Of a stretch of 64,000 nt of DNA, positions 37,921 through 50,300 are shown piece after piece. The stretch lies in the NCBI GenBank assembly GCA_051294905.1, contig CM119372.1:37822001-37886000 (forward strand), given 5' to 3'. The translations under genes were made by a program, and so were the position numbers. Within the stretch, counting starts at the first letter, position 1; the number at the start of each line of letters is the position of its first letter. The DNA is from Botryllus schlosseri. Taxonomy: Eukaryota. The notes beneath the pieces were generated by a model. It ran no database searches. It was given only the letters and a program-made list of their open reading frames with translations, and was not told the DNA's origin.

Positions 37921-40900
37921 CTCTTTTTTGTACAATGTCGTGATGATTTAGCGTTTTACAATTGAAACGTATACAACAACGACACACTTTATTCTGTAAT
38001 AATGTTACCCTCGGGATAAATGAATCTTTTTCAAGCGTAAGTTCTGAAGTAAACAGAAATCGCGTTCTCGCAAATAGATAAAGTTATAGAATAGTAATAC
38101 GTAATAAAAACTAATGATGTGATGAATCTCAATTCCAATCGACGTGGGGATCAACACCATTCTCCATAAATTTTGTCACGCAGATATATCGCTTATCGCG
38201 AGAGTAGGCTAATAACGGAGGTCTAGTTTGATTACATTCAAACATCAATGAAATTCTGGCATCGGTTGATTCTTCCGTGGTCAGATTACGCATCGCGTAT
38301 AAATGACTTTCTTGACTCGTTTTCAACAATATTGAAATCAGGTACTGTGAACGTCGAACATTGCTTGATAACGATTGCTCCTAGAGATGGTAAAAACGTT
38401 CGGTTCGGTGTGTGAACCTGGTACATATTTACAGAGTATTTGGAATTAGTAATGTAACGCCATCTTCGTGCTTAGGTAGTATACCTTTATAGCTGTATGC
38501 TAACACTGGCCGATGCGTTTCATGGATTGAGATCATCTCTCCTAACTAGTATAGCTAATCGTGATGTGACGACTGAATTCGCAACCGAAATTGTAGATAA
38601 TTACTCTATATTGCTTCGTTTCAAAACACATTATCACTGGAATAATTGTCGGCGGGTGCGATGTACAAACTCGCTTTGCCAGGCTACATGATTGGTCGGC
38701 GAGCACTACATCTGTCGGTAAATACGGCTACTGATATTGGAGATCCGCACTGTTTCGAAATCAGCTAATGATACAACAGGATTATAATCTGTTATATTCT
38801 GAGAATATCAGCCACGTAAGTAACGATACCGATATGTGGTGATGAAAGCAATGTTTTGAGTACTTGAATCTGAATCGAGTATTAATTCTAACCATGCTAA
38901 TCGAGAAGTGAGTGATAATTTATCAAGCATTGGAATTATACAATCCACCAAGAGGTAATGTTCCATACTATTTGCCAGTGTAGCTAGCTGTAAACCTAGA
39001 TCGGTCGTAGCGTAGCATACGAAACACGTAGTACAAAACTACGCACGTTAATGGAAATGACATATCTGCGAATTCGTGACCAACCGCCAGCACTGTCATA
39101 AAGTGCAATGAAATAAGTAAAGATAGGAAAAATACCAAATGATCTTTGATGGTGTATAGGACAGGTATTGCATTCTTAGTGGTCGCATAAAAGGTACATA
39201 ATTCAACTTTCCACACCGTCCGTACTGTTGCGAAGTCATTTAGTGTACTGCACTGTACTGTACTGTACGGCACTGCACTACGTACACTACAGTGCAACTT
39301 GCGCGACATGAATGATGTCGACCCTTCTTCATTGCTGATGGTATATCTGGATTCTGGATACGGATTCTTTTTCAAATTATGTTTCATATATTTGAAACTT
39401 TCGTTTCGGATTTATTCTGATAATTGTAACCAGACGTGAGTTTTGATCACAAATCGAAACAATAATTTATCAGTTGGATAACCAATCACTGACAGTGCAC
39501 TTTGGGATAGGACATAGAAATCAGCTTACCCTATCTATCACCTTCGTGAATGCTGTATCTCAGCTCAGGTGTACTATTAGGATTCGTCGACAACTTTATT
39601 CAATACGGATTCGAACTCATTGTTCCTCAGTTACTCAATCTGTCGGACGGACACGGATTGTCCAGGTTCATCACTGACCTGTAACCTCTTTTCTATCTCT
39701 CTGTCTCCCTCTCTCGGAGGTGTGTGTTCGGATTTTGTTTGTCTGGGATCCTTTTCTTTCCAATCTTTCCACGCCATCTTGTGGTAGCATCACACCCCTA
39801 TCAGGTGACGTCAAACGGTAACATGCGAAAAAATCACTGATGCTCTAGGGCAGTAGCTCCCAAGCTTATGTGACTCATCGCCCTCTTATCAAGCTCATCT
39901 TATGCTTACCTCATCAGTAAGGTTATCATTCTACTTTTCCATAGCGTTCAACTAAAGGTTGTATTACTTGTATACACTCAGTCAGATAATTTTGCGTGTA
40001 TACGACGTATACTTCCATGCCCGTGTCTCAAAATCGCCCCACTTGCTTCTGAATCATGTTTCCGATTTGATCCTAAAACACACTTTGAAAATAAGTTATG
40101 ACCGATTTACTGAGACGAAGTTTACAAATAGTGAGCTATATACATCTTGCGCACTTGGGAAAGAAACCCCACGATATGAATCATAGACACCAAGCTATAC
40201 TACATTACATGCACATCGTAATCATGTACGTATATTGCAAGATATATGAACATACGAGCATTTATTTGACACGAATTAAGCAATGCCTGCTATCAATTTA
40301 GACCGGTTGCCATGTAAATTTTATTTTCGCATTTGCAGAGAATTGCCTGTCAATAGTGCCTGACGTTTTTGGCACAATATATTACTGTGTAGCACATTAA
40401 CCAGTGTATTCTAGTGCCGTATATACTTTTTAGGGACAAATGTCCACTTGTTTGATGGCGCTTCGCCCTTCCACATTTACTTGGACTTTATTAGATTGTG
40501 ACGTCACTGTGTGTCTCTTTAGTGCAGTTGTTCTCAACTTTGGTCACTTCTGGCGGAACGCAGTGGATGCCTTTCTTTTCCAGTAAGATGACAGTTTCGC
40601 GAATCGTTAACGTAAGGTTTTTTTAATGTAAGGGTTTATTCATCGAATGCATATCTATAAACACTTCACGCATCATTCGACAGTTGCATCCCGACCAGAT
40701 CAGCTTGCAGAGAAGAAGCAATCGCATCCATCACATTAATTATACCTTATTGCTCGTGTTTGTTATTAATAGTTTGGAGCGGGTTAGCTTTCAGCATCGA
40801 CTTATTTGCTAGTAAAACTAGATGTACTCACTTTACAAAACTCGTATCTGGAACGAGCACTAGCGACCTTTAAAAATCCACATTCACCCAACTTTATAGT

Positions 40901-41339
40901 GAAGCAACTCAATAATATTTATTTTATTGGAATCGGATCCACTTTCCACATGAACATCAGCAATACTACTGAATAATCCGACAGACACAACTACCGGAAT
41001 ACAAGATAAACTTCGGCATTTGCTGATTGCACCGAATCAGTCGTGAAAAAGTTTTATTGTTGTGAGACCATTTTTTTTAATTCGCAACTAGCAGTGGAAC
41101 TTCTTACTTTCAAAACTCGTAACTAGGACTAGAAAAACTCACTTAACAAAATCTGCAACTAAAACTACTAAAGGCAGCACCTAGTTGACCGCCAACTAGC
41201 TAGATTCGTAGTTAGTACATTGTGCAGGGCTAGGTTACGTTAATTTCTTCTTTGAATCTCTCGCTGTCTTGGCGTTTGTTATTCTGATTTTTACTCCATA
41301 TGTAACGCTATTTTAACGTACTCAGGACGGTGATATTAA

Positions 41340-41345
41340 TTTATT
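41340..41345 (-). promoter_or_regulatory. Putative polyadenylation signal of BHMT paralog B
   Basis: AATAAA on the minus strand about 44 nt after the TAG stop. Confidence 0.5.
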
Positions 41346-41388
41346 CTCATATGATAGCAAAGGCAAATAGTATCTGTATTCGTCGAAT

Positions 41389-44300
41389 CTATTGGAATTT
41401 CATTCCCGAAACGGGCTCCGTCATCGCAGGACTGAACGGTCTTCCAGACGCGGGCCGTATACCGTACCAGTGCTCCGCCGTTCTCCTGAAACAATTTACG
41501 TTTAAGTGTCGAAATGTGATTGTCGTGAAAATAGATCAATCTATACGATATAGAAGGATGTTAAATGTAGGTGGATAATAATCGGGGATGGATAAATTTC
41601 GTCTGATTTTCGGTCTAACGCAAAAAGGCTATAAAGCACATTCTTACCATATCTTATTTTCAGGTATATAGTTATGACGGTTGCCGACATATGAGCATGC
41701 GACGCAGTGAAAAACAACATTTCAGCATGGGATACTTTAGCATGCTTTACTACAGCCTGGGTTTTTGTAACCCCAAAACTAACCCTAACATGCATCGTAA
41801 CCGTCGCGATAACTCTAACCCTAACCCCGTGGTTCTCAAACTGGGGGCGCGAAGGCATCTGAAGGGGGTGCGAAGCTGCGATCAACTGAAAAGAAACAGG
41901 TGTAAAAACAGTCAAAATTGTTTACAAAGTCATAAAAAAATTGCAACCGGCATTTTTTTTCAATCGTAGATGTTTGAACTGTCTGTGAATTTATCATTTG
42001 ACATTTTACAGCTTGTAGCCTACTTTATAGGCCTACCGTTGTAGATGCCAATTATCTGCTCATTGTGAATCATAAACGGTCATATGAAACAAATAGGCTG
42101 ACATGGTGTTATGCTCATCGTAACGTCATATCATAACTGAAGCAAGACTGCGTGGGCATTGGATCTTATATGAAGAAGCGCATGTTGAAAAATTGTGATG
42201 TGGACAACATTGTCTGAATGAAGAAACAGAAGCGTTTTTTATCCATTCTTGGCAAGCTACTTGGCTGTTGGTTCTACGCGAGAATGTAGGAAAGTATCTT
42301 TCGTTGTATTACAACAAATTTTAAATATTTCTACCATAATGCGTGACGTAACTACTGGAATTCTTCATAGAACGAGATTTCGTTAAAATAAATTTTGTTC
42401 ATGTAAGAATTTGTCAGTTTGAAGTCAAAAGAGTTTTTTTTCGGGCCAAACTACTTCGTAACGACAGACAGTTTCAACCGGAAACGAAGATAAGTAGTAG
42501 GCTATTTTTCTAACATTACGCGAGAAAACACCAAATTTACATACATGAGGTCAAAATATGGTCAAAATAAAGTTTTTTCAAGGTCACAAATGGTCAAAAA
42601 CTCGCCCTAGTAATAAACTTCCATACAATCAAACTATCCGTTTGGATTCCGATCATTCGGTTACATTTTGTGATATGACGATAAGGGGAGCGAATTTTTC
42701 ACTATCATAAAGGGGCGTGTCTAAGAAAGTTTGAGTACCACCATCACTGCCGTTTGTTATGTATTTTGGTTCGATGAAAATAAAGACTCTCTCTCTCTCT
42801 CTCTCTCTCTGCCCTAACCCAGCCTTAAACCGCAAATCAACACAAATTCTCGTGTGCCGCATGCTATTAAAATTAAGTCGCCTTCGCACAAGTTTTGACA
42901 TGGACATGGAAATCGCTGCATCAACTTCTACTTCTTGTTCTGTCACAACCATGACAACTTTGCCCGTCGTTGATTATGTTGCGTCAGTCCGTGACAATAC
43001 ACAACTACTATTGCCGTATGGTGCGGTTATTTACTGCTAACAATTCCGCAAAGACGCTGCGTGACAAAGAAAGAGAGAAGTCAACCCTCACAGAGATTCT
43101 TTGCGCATTTCCGAGGTGAGGCTGTTCTTGAAAAAATCGCCCCCAAACGCCCGCGCCATATCGTGCACTGGTGGGTTCCTTTTTCTTTCCGGTGCAAGCT
43201 GCAAATTCAAACAAAGCTTGGCAAACCTCTTGATGAATAGAGTCAACATTGTTTGCGTGATCGGGTGACACGTCAAATACCGCTGAGACAACATGTACCA
43301 GAATAGATGTGCCAAATATAAAACTTACGTTTCTCATCAGTATTTTCTACATTGCGAGGACGCATTACACTGGTCTACAAATTTCGAAAACAAATTTGCG
43401 CAAATACTTTTAATGATTGATTAGGGCTAATTTAAGGTTGCTGAATCCGAATATGTGCTCAAAATTTCTCCATCACGTCAGATTTTTTCCGTATGAATTT
43501 TTCTCATTGTCATAAATTAATCAAATTTCGGCTCTCGTTAGTGAAATCACGGTAAGCATACAACAGCAAAAGATGTGAAAAAATAGCCCAAAAAATTTCG
43601 ATGATTGATCTGGGCTAATTTCAGGTTGCTGAATCCAATTCTGTCGTCAGAATTTCGCAATCACGTCAGATTTATTCGGTATGTATTTTCTCATTTTCAT
43701 AAATAATCAAATTTCGGCTTTCGTTAGTGACATTACGGTCAGCGAACAACAGCAACAGATCAATTTTTGCTATTGAGATCATCAATAATGATGAAACCTG
43801 GGTTATGTAGAACAGAATAACTGAGTTTTCGGTGAACTTGAATCCAGTGGTTCTCTATCTTCTTTCGATCATGACGTCTGTTCGACCCAAAAATTTATAT
43901 GTGGATGCATCTGTTTTTATTCGGTTGCAGTTATCATCCCTATATACCACTCTTAGTTTGAAGATTATGATTAATAGCTTCGTACCTAATTTGATTCCAT
44001 ACGTTATCTATACATTATACGTTATCTATCTTTATACATCCGTCCTGCAGCCTTAATTGGTCAATGCATTTTGTGGCAGCACACTGCTCTTTCGTAAAAC
44101 GTGAAGGTTTGTAAGCAATAAACATTGCATTGTTGGTATATTATGTAGAAGAGAATTGTTCACTGTGGTACATGACCAGAATATGTGGTCCTTTAATATT
44201 GTTTTGAAACATTAAAAGCAACAGGATGTATGCTTTTCCAAAGCAAAACGTGCTTATCATGATAACTTGAAAGAATTTATCATCAATAATCTTCACCTGT

Positions 44301-47300
44301 ATTTGTCATGCTAATTCTCCTTCTCGAGTTTCCATACATTGTCACATTTTATCGGAATCAAAGAAAGCTATTTCTGAACTGTTTTTCTATTGGTTTATTG
44401 CCATGATATAAGGGGCTTCTTTTGCATTGTCTATTATAGACAACCAGATGAATGGAGACTGCTTACTAGCAGCTCAGCATGGAACCTGATGAGCGTGCTA
44501 CTCCATAATAGAAATAAATATGCATCGGTTGTAGGACAGGCGATCCCTCTCGACATGGGTCATTCTGCGGCCTACACCAAATACCATTCTATGCTCGAAC
44601 AAAGCCAGAGATTAACATCGGTTTATTTCGAGACTTTTTGCTAGTGTTACGCATGATTAAATGCCAGTTCTAAATTCAAAAAGCTTCACATTTTTGGTGG
44701 ATTTTGATTTGCCGTACTATTTTGCTTTGAATTAGAGTCAGTCGAGGTGATCAGCGTTACTACTTAAGTAGAACAATTACCGCCTTATATATCTACTCAA
44801 TTACAAAACTCCTTCAAGTCAAAACTACTTCAAGTTGATGACGAAATGAAAGGTCTGAGAATTACTGAAAGTTAGTAAATATAGGTATATTTGGTCGGGG
44901 GAGGGTGGTCACATACTTTGAACAGTTAGTCGGAGTTGTCCATATACGAAATCGCAAGATGTATCGCCGCATATAACGCAAAATGAGTATATTGACACCA
45001 CCCATGGGCAAAGTCTTCGAAAAACTATACTCAGTTACCGTGATTCAAAGGCTATTTTACGCGTTTCTTATGACGATTCAACTCATGTTAGTGGTGTAAT
45101 ACTGTCCCTGAACTACTTTCTACTATACAAAACCCAAATGAGTACATCCCGAATATTGTTCAGGTAGATGTTAAAGTAGTTGTAAAACATTACCACTTCA
45201 GTAAGTACTGCAAGTAGCCAAAATCTACTCGAGTACCTCGAAAAAGTAGAAATATTCAACATATTTAATATCTCCAGAACGTGACGCGATGGAGAAAAAA
45301 TAACGTCGGATTCGTATTCAGCGTCCCCAAATTAGGTATAGTTTACCCAAAGAAGTCCTGGTGAAAAAATCGTGTAGACCAGTGTTATTGATATGCTCAC
45401 AGCCCTTATATTACATCAAAAAGAAGATCTATCTAACAGGATCTAGTCCCTTCATATTATTGTATATAGCAGTGGTCGGGAACCTTGTTCGTCCGAAGAG
45501 CCATATTGGCCCAATATTTTCAATTGTAGCTCCCAAAGAGCCATACATATCAATCAAATGTTACGTCACAATTGAACATGCGTGACGTATTGGTAGCACT
45601 AATATATGGGGTAGGTAGTGTTTGGCATATTTTTTCTGCCCACATGCATATGTGGAGCCAAACATGGTCACTACAGCCGTACATACCCACCGTGTGATAC
45701 GTCAGTGACGTAGGGTTAGGGGAGGCAAGTGAGGCAGTGTCTCAGATGTCGTCAGGGATGAGTGAAGGAAAATTGTGAACCCTTCATGGTTATTGGTATC
45801 TTCTACCGATGTTTATGACTAGATTCTGAACATTTCTATTTCCAAAATCACGTAATTTTCATATTTATTGTTCGAAAATAAAGTGCGAAAGGAGAGGTCA
45901 GACTCAGATGAGGCACAGTCGGGCAAAGCCTCACCCGTGAAGGCACGACTCATCGTAAATAGCTTAGAATTTTGATCACTGATATTAATCAAATGTAATT
46001 GTCGCGCTGATTCTGAAAATTTAAGTATTAATGGACTCGTAAAATATTCAGCGTAACGTAACGTTGCGTTACACATTCGCATTTTACGGCGGTGCTAAAC
46101 AGCTAGTAGCCAAACAAGAAGAAGGATAGGTATAGCGTTGCTTTTAATTTGAATACTGGTATATAGCATCGGCCCAATGTGATTACACTTGAGCATGGTT
46201 AGGGCTTGTTTAAGGTTTGGTTAAAACTATAAGGGTTCGGAAATGTTTTAGGGTTACGCTTAATGTTATTTGACGGTTGATCAAGTTACATGCTTATTGC
46301 TCAAATGTCGTTTGCTCGAATGAGGGAATTTCATATCGTTTTGCATCGTCCTCGTCCCACACAGTCTAATGCCAGACAATCCTACTTTACTTACTTTATA
46401 TTATGGCGGTGCTGTTTAACCCATGTGAGTGACATATGAGTGTGAAGCATTCTTCAACTAACCTCTTCGGCAAATGATCGGATGTGATGAGGCTCGAAGC
46501 CGCAACAGCCCCCGATGTAGTTGACACCCAGTTCCCAGGCCTCACGTGCGAATTTGTGGGCTTCGACTCTTGTCATGATACGCGGATCGAGACCTGGACA
46601 TGATGAATTGTGAATTCAAACTGTAGACTGTCTTGACATATTCGAAAAGCATACATCGAACGTAAACTGCTCCCAATTATTAGGTTATCACAAATCACAA
46701 TAATGCTAAACACCCAAGGTCATAGAGGGTGTTGAACTATTACTCTGTTTGGGCGCACCTTTGCGCCGTATACAGGTTTACTGTAATACTGTCTGTAGTA
46801 TTATGCCATCAGTTTTGCATGCCCCACTATACAAATACTAAGTGCATCGAATGTATTTCTGGTCATATGCAGCATCGTAACTGCCGCACCCCCCCCCCCC
46901 CCCAATTGGGGGGGGCGAGCTCGAAGGGGGCCCAAAATTATTTCGTGAATTAGCATAAATCATAGAGTGCTTTTTGAAAATTTTTTCAATTTTTTCAATT
47001 TTTCAAATTCAAGTAGCCATTTTTCTGTATTATTGGGTATTGGGCCATTAACGCGCCACGACCCACCAAGACATACAATCAAGTTTTAGGCCATATAACA
47101 TGCGACTCCAAGAAGTGTGCCAGAACGATCGGCTGCAAGAAAAGCTTGGCCGAAAAGGTCTATGCCCTGATGCAGACCGAAGACTTCGTTATATAGGCTA
47201 TACAAAATACATATATAGGTTTAATTGTCCATAGGCGCCTGAGTGACTGGCGCCGAATGTTCCTGTCGTTGCAATCTGAACCTCACAAGACAAATACCAT

Positions 47301-50300
47301 CCCGCTGGGAAAAATTTTATGCCGGTGAAGAAATACCAATTTGAAATCGTGTGCGTCTCTTAGTTTAGAAGCCTACGTTTGGGCGATTCTATATTTTTTG
47401 ATATACACTGTAAAAAATCTGGTAGATTTACTGGGAAATCTCTGTAAATTTTGCCACGAATTACCGGTCGCAGCCAATTACTGTGCGTATCTTGTAATTT
47501 TACATTTTGATATGTAATATTACCTTAATATAGCTGTAAAGTAAGTTACCAGAATTTCTTCGCAAAATTACTGACAGTTACTCGTTACTGCAGTTTACCG
47601 GGCTATTGGCAAAATTGATTAGCTTCAAAATCGCTGCAGCCAATGTATACGTAGAACTGAATGTTACTGATATATCATTCTAGAGGTGATTTGACCTGAT
47701 TGAACCTCGTTTGCGAGACTGGGGTCTGTCATACCGAAATTGTTGGCCCTAGTATCAATTTAAGCTTAGTAGGGTACAAGAAATAACTGACAATCGTAGC
47801 TAATGTGGTACACCGTAGCCATATTATATTATACGGCAATGGCTGTACGGCCAGTCTCGCTGGTTACATTCGTTGTCACGGATAAGACTGATAAGTTAGA
47901 AAATTAGTTCAGGATGTATAATATTGCTCGGGGAAACTAGAAATATCAGCACCGCATGCTCAGCTGACCATTTGTTAATGGCGGACAAGGCGACCTGTAA
48001 TAGGTTACGTTAGGTGACTGCTTTTTCTGAGATTCGTAGTAAACAACCAACGCACAACTGTGACATCACAAGCAGCGTCTGGTTAAGTAAGTACAGTAAG
48101 TAGTGAACAACACATGGAATAAATATCAATTTATACGAAATTAGATGAAAAAAGGGACTATATGCAATGATAAATGTTTCTGTATGGAAAAAACGACCCA
48201 GATCAAACATTATAACGTGGCCAGTAAATATTATTGGTGTCATGTGTCAGCGGATGAATACCATTTATTTTGAAATCGTTCGAGTGTCGTCTGGCTCTGG
48301 CCAGTGGCTATTAGTGAGATTTGAGCAAAGGGTGGAGCGAAGCTTGTTGTGCTTGAAGAAAGTGGACACGATCGTTGAAGATTCCTAGGGATGCTGAATG
48401 GAATACGCATCTTAAAAGGTAATACAGTACTACATAGTATTTGTTACCGTGAATATCTGACTCTGCACACCAGCCCTTGATGACTTAGATTTCATGATTG
48501 ATATATTTCATTCGCCGCATTCTCTGCTCTATTTTGGGATATTTGTCGACTTATATAGTGACCTCATACTCCGCCGCGGAGGAGTTGAAACTGTTGGCTT
48601 GGTAATGTCATTTTCGGGCCGTAGCATAGAGATGTTTTCATCCACTGCTGGATTTGTTTGCCACACATGCCACCTTAAATTAGGAACCTTTTGCTTCAAT
48701 ACAGAGATAAAGTAAGTCATGAATCTCTGCTATGTCATGTAATAGGCGGAGCCGTCATCACACAATGTGCCAGTACCGGTACTTCAAAACATGTTATATT
48801 TTTGTTAGCCTATTTGTCTTAGTCTTTATAATGTCATGTCCACTGTCCAGGTTAGGAACTTTGCTTTATATAGCGACTTACGCATGAATTCTTTTCAGTG
48901 GAACTGCAAGATACTAGTTACACAGAAGGAATGAGAACGAGAAAAAGAAACAATTGGAAGTTTGGCCGGTGGTGGAATTAATTCACGTTTTCTTGAGACC
49001 ACTCGTGTTACTGCATGTCTCCTAAAGAAGAATTAGACCTCCAGCAGCAATATTTTTCCATCGATAACCACTTCATCGTGATATCATGAATGAATATACA
49101 GTTTGTTCCAATGTCGTTTTGGGGATGTGAAGAAAATGTTGCGATATTTTTGCATCGGGTTGCTTTGCGATAGGTATGGATGTACGGGAATTTACAAGCT
49201 GGTATGTAATCCTGATTTACAGGGACAGCATGTAGGTAGGTAGCCGGTTAAATGACAGTCTCGATCGCAAATGTACAGGAGAACATGTAGATTGGATATA
49301 CCGGAGGTGACTGTAACATTACAGTCTGGCGTGTAAAGTGAGATTACCGGACGGGTGTAAGTTAAATTTACATTGACTAACGGTAATGTTAGATTACCAC
49401 GAAATGTCTGGCTACTGTGCTTCCAAACATTTCGCGGTAAATCGAGGTTTTTATTTTTTACAGTGTAGCAGACTGGAAGTCACGAAATAACAATATGTAA
49501 CGAAGTCATATCAACGGGTCCGCCCGCCCGAAGGTGTCTAATCAATATTTACGGGCCCTCCCGTTTTCAAGACACTTTACTCAGCTCTACCGGTAAATCT
49601 GATTACGTGAGTAGAGAGGACAATAAATTGATAGCATAATATATATGCAATCGCCGATCTGATTGACCGATTTTATCACATATTATCGAAAATTTTCGCG
49701 CTTCGCTCTGGCTCACAATACGGTGCGGATAATTTCGTGACAAACCCGAACAACGTGATGGGGGTCTGACGAGGTGCTGTTTCGTTCCTGCCAACGGGTA
49801 TACGCCCGAAAATATTTAATTATTATTGAGTGGTCCTACCATTTCAAACACACCTCACTCAGCTCTACCGGCAAATCTGATTACGTCAGCAGAGAGAAGA
49901 TAAAAATTGATAACAAATATGCAATTCCCGATCATACTGACCGATGAAATCATGAATTCTAGAAATTTTCCGCGCTTAGGCGATAAAAGCTGATCCACTA
50001 AACAGACTCCCAATGATTATAATGAATAGTGGTAAACAGTGTATCGCCGGAGGGGGGTCTTGGGGGCGAAGCCCCCCAGAAGTTCGGTCTATGACCCTAT
50101 GGGAGGCCCAAGACCAAAGTTTTTTCGGGGGGCCTGACGAAGTGCTGTTACGGCCCTGGTCATATGTAAATCATTTTATCATTACTCGTGCCTTGGATTT
50201 TACTTGAGCGTCCAACCTGGACAGCCCATTACTTACTTTTCTTCTTGAGTAGAACGTTAAAATATTGATAACGTACTTTGACATAACTGACAATATAGAA

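Noticed and set aside
38129..38329. Ankyrin-like phrase (PPLL...VTKFMENGVDPH) in a 66-aa ORF
   Set aside because: A single weak match with no neighbouring repeats or splice support.
39425..39794. Possible solo LTR (minus strand TGTGATG..., AATAAA near 39595)
   Set aside because: No matching TSD or clear second terminus was found.
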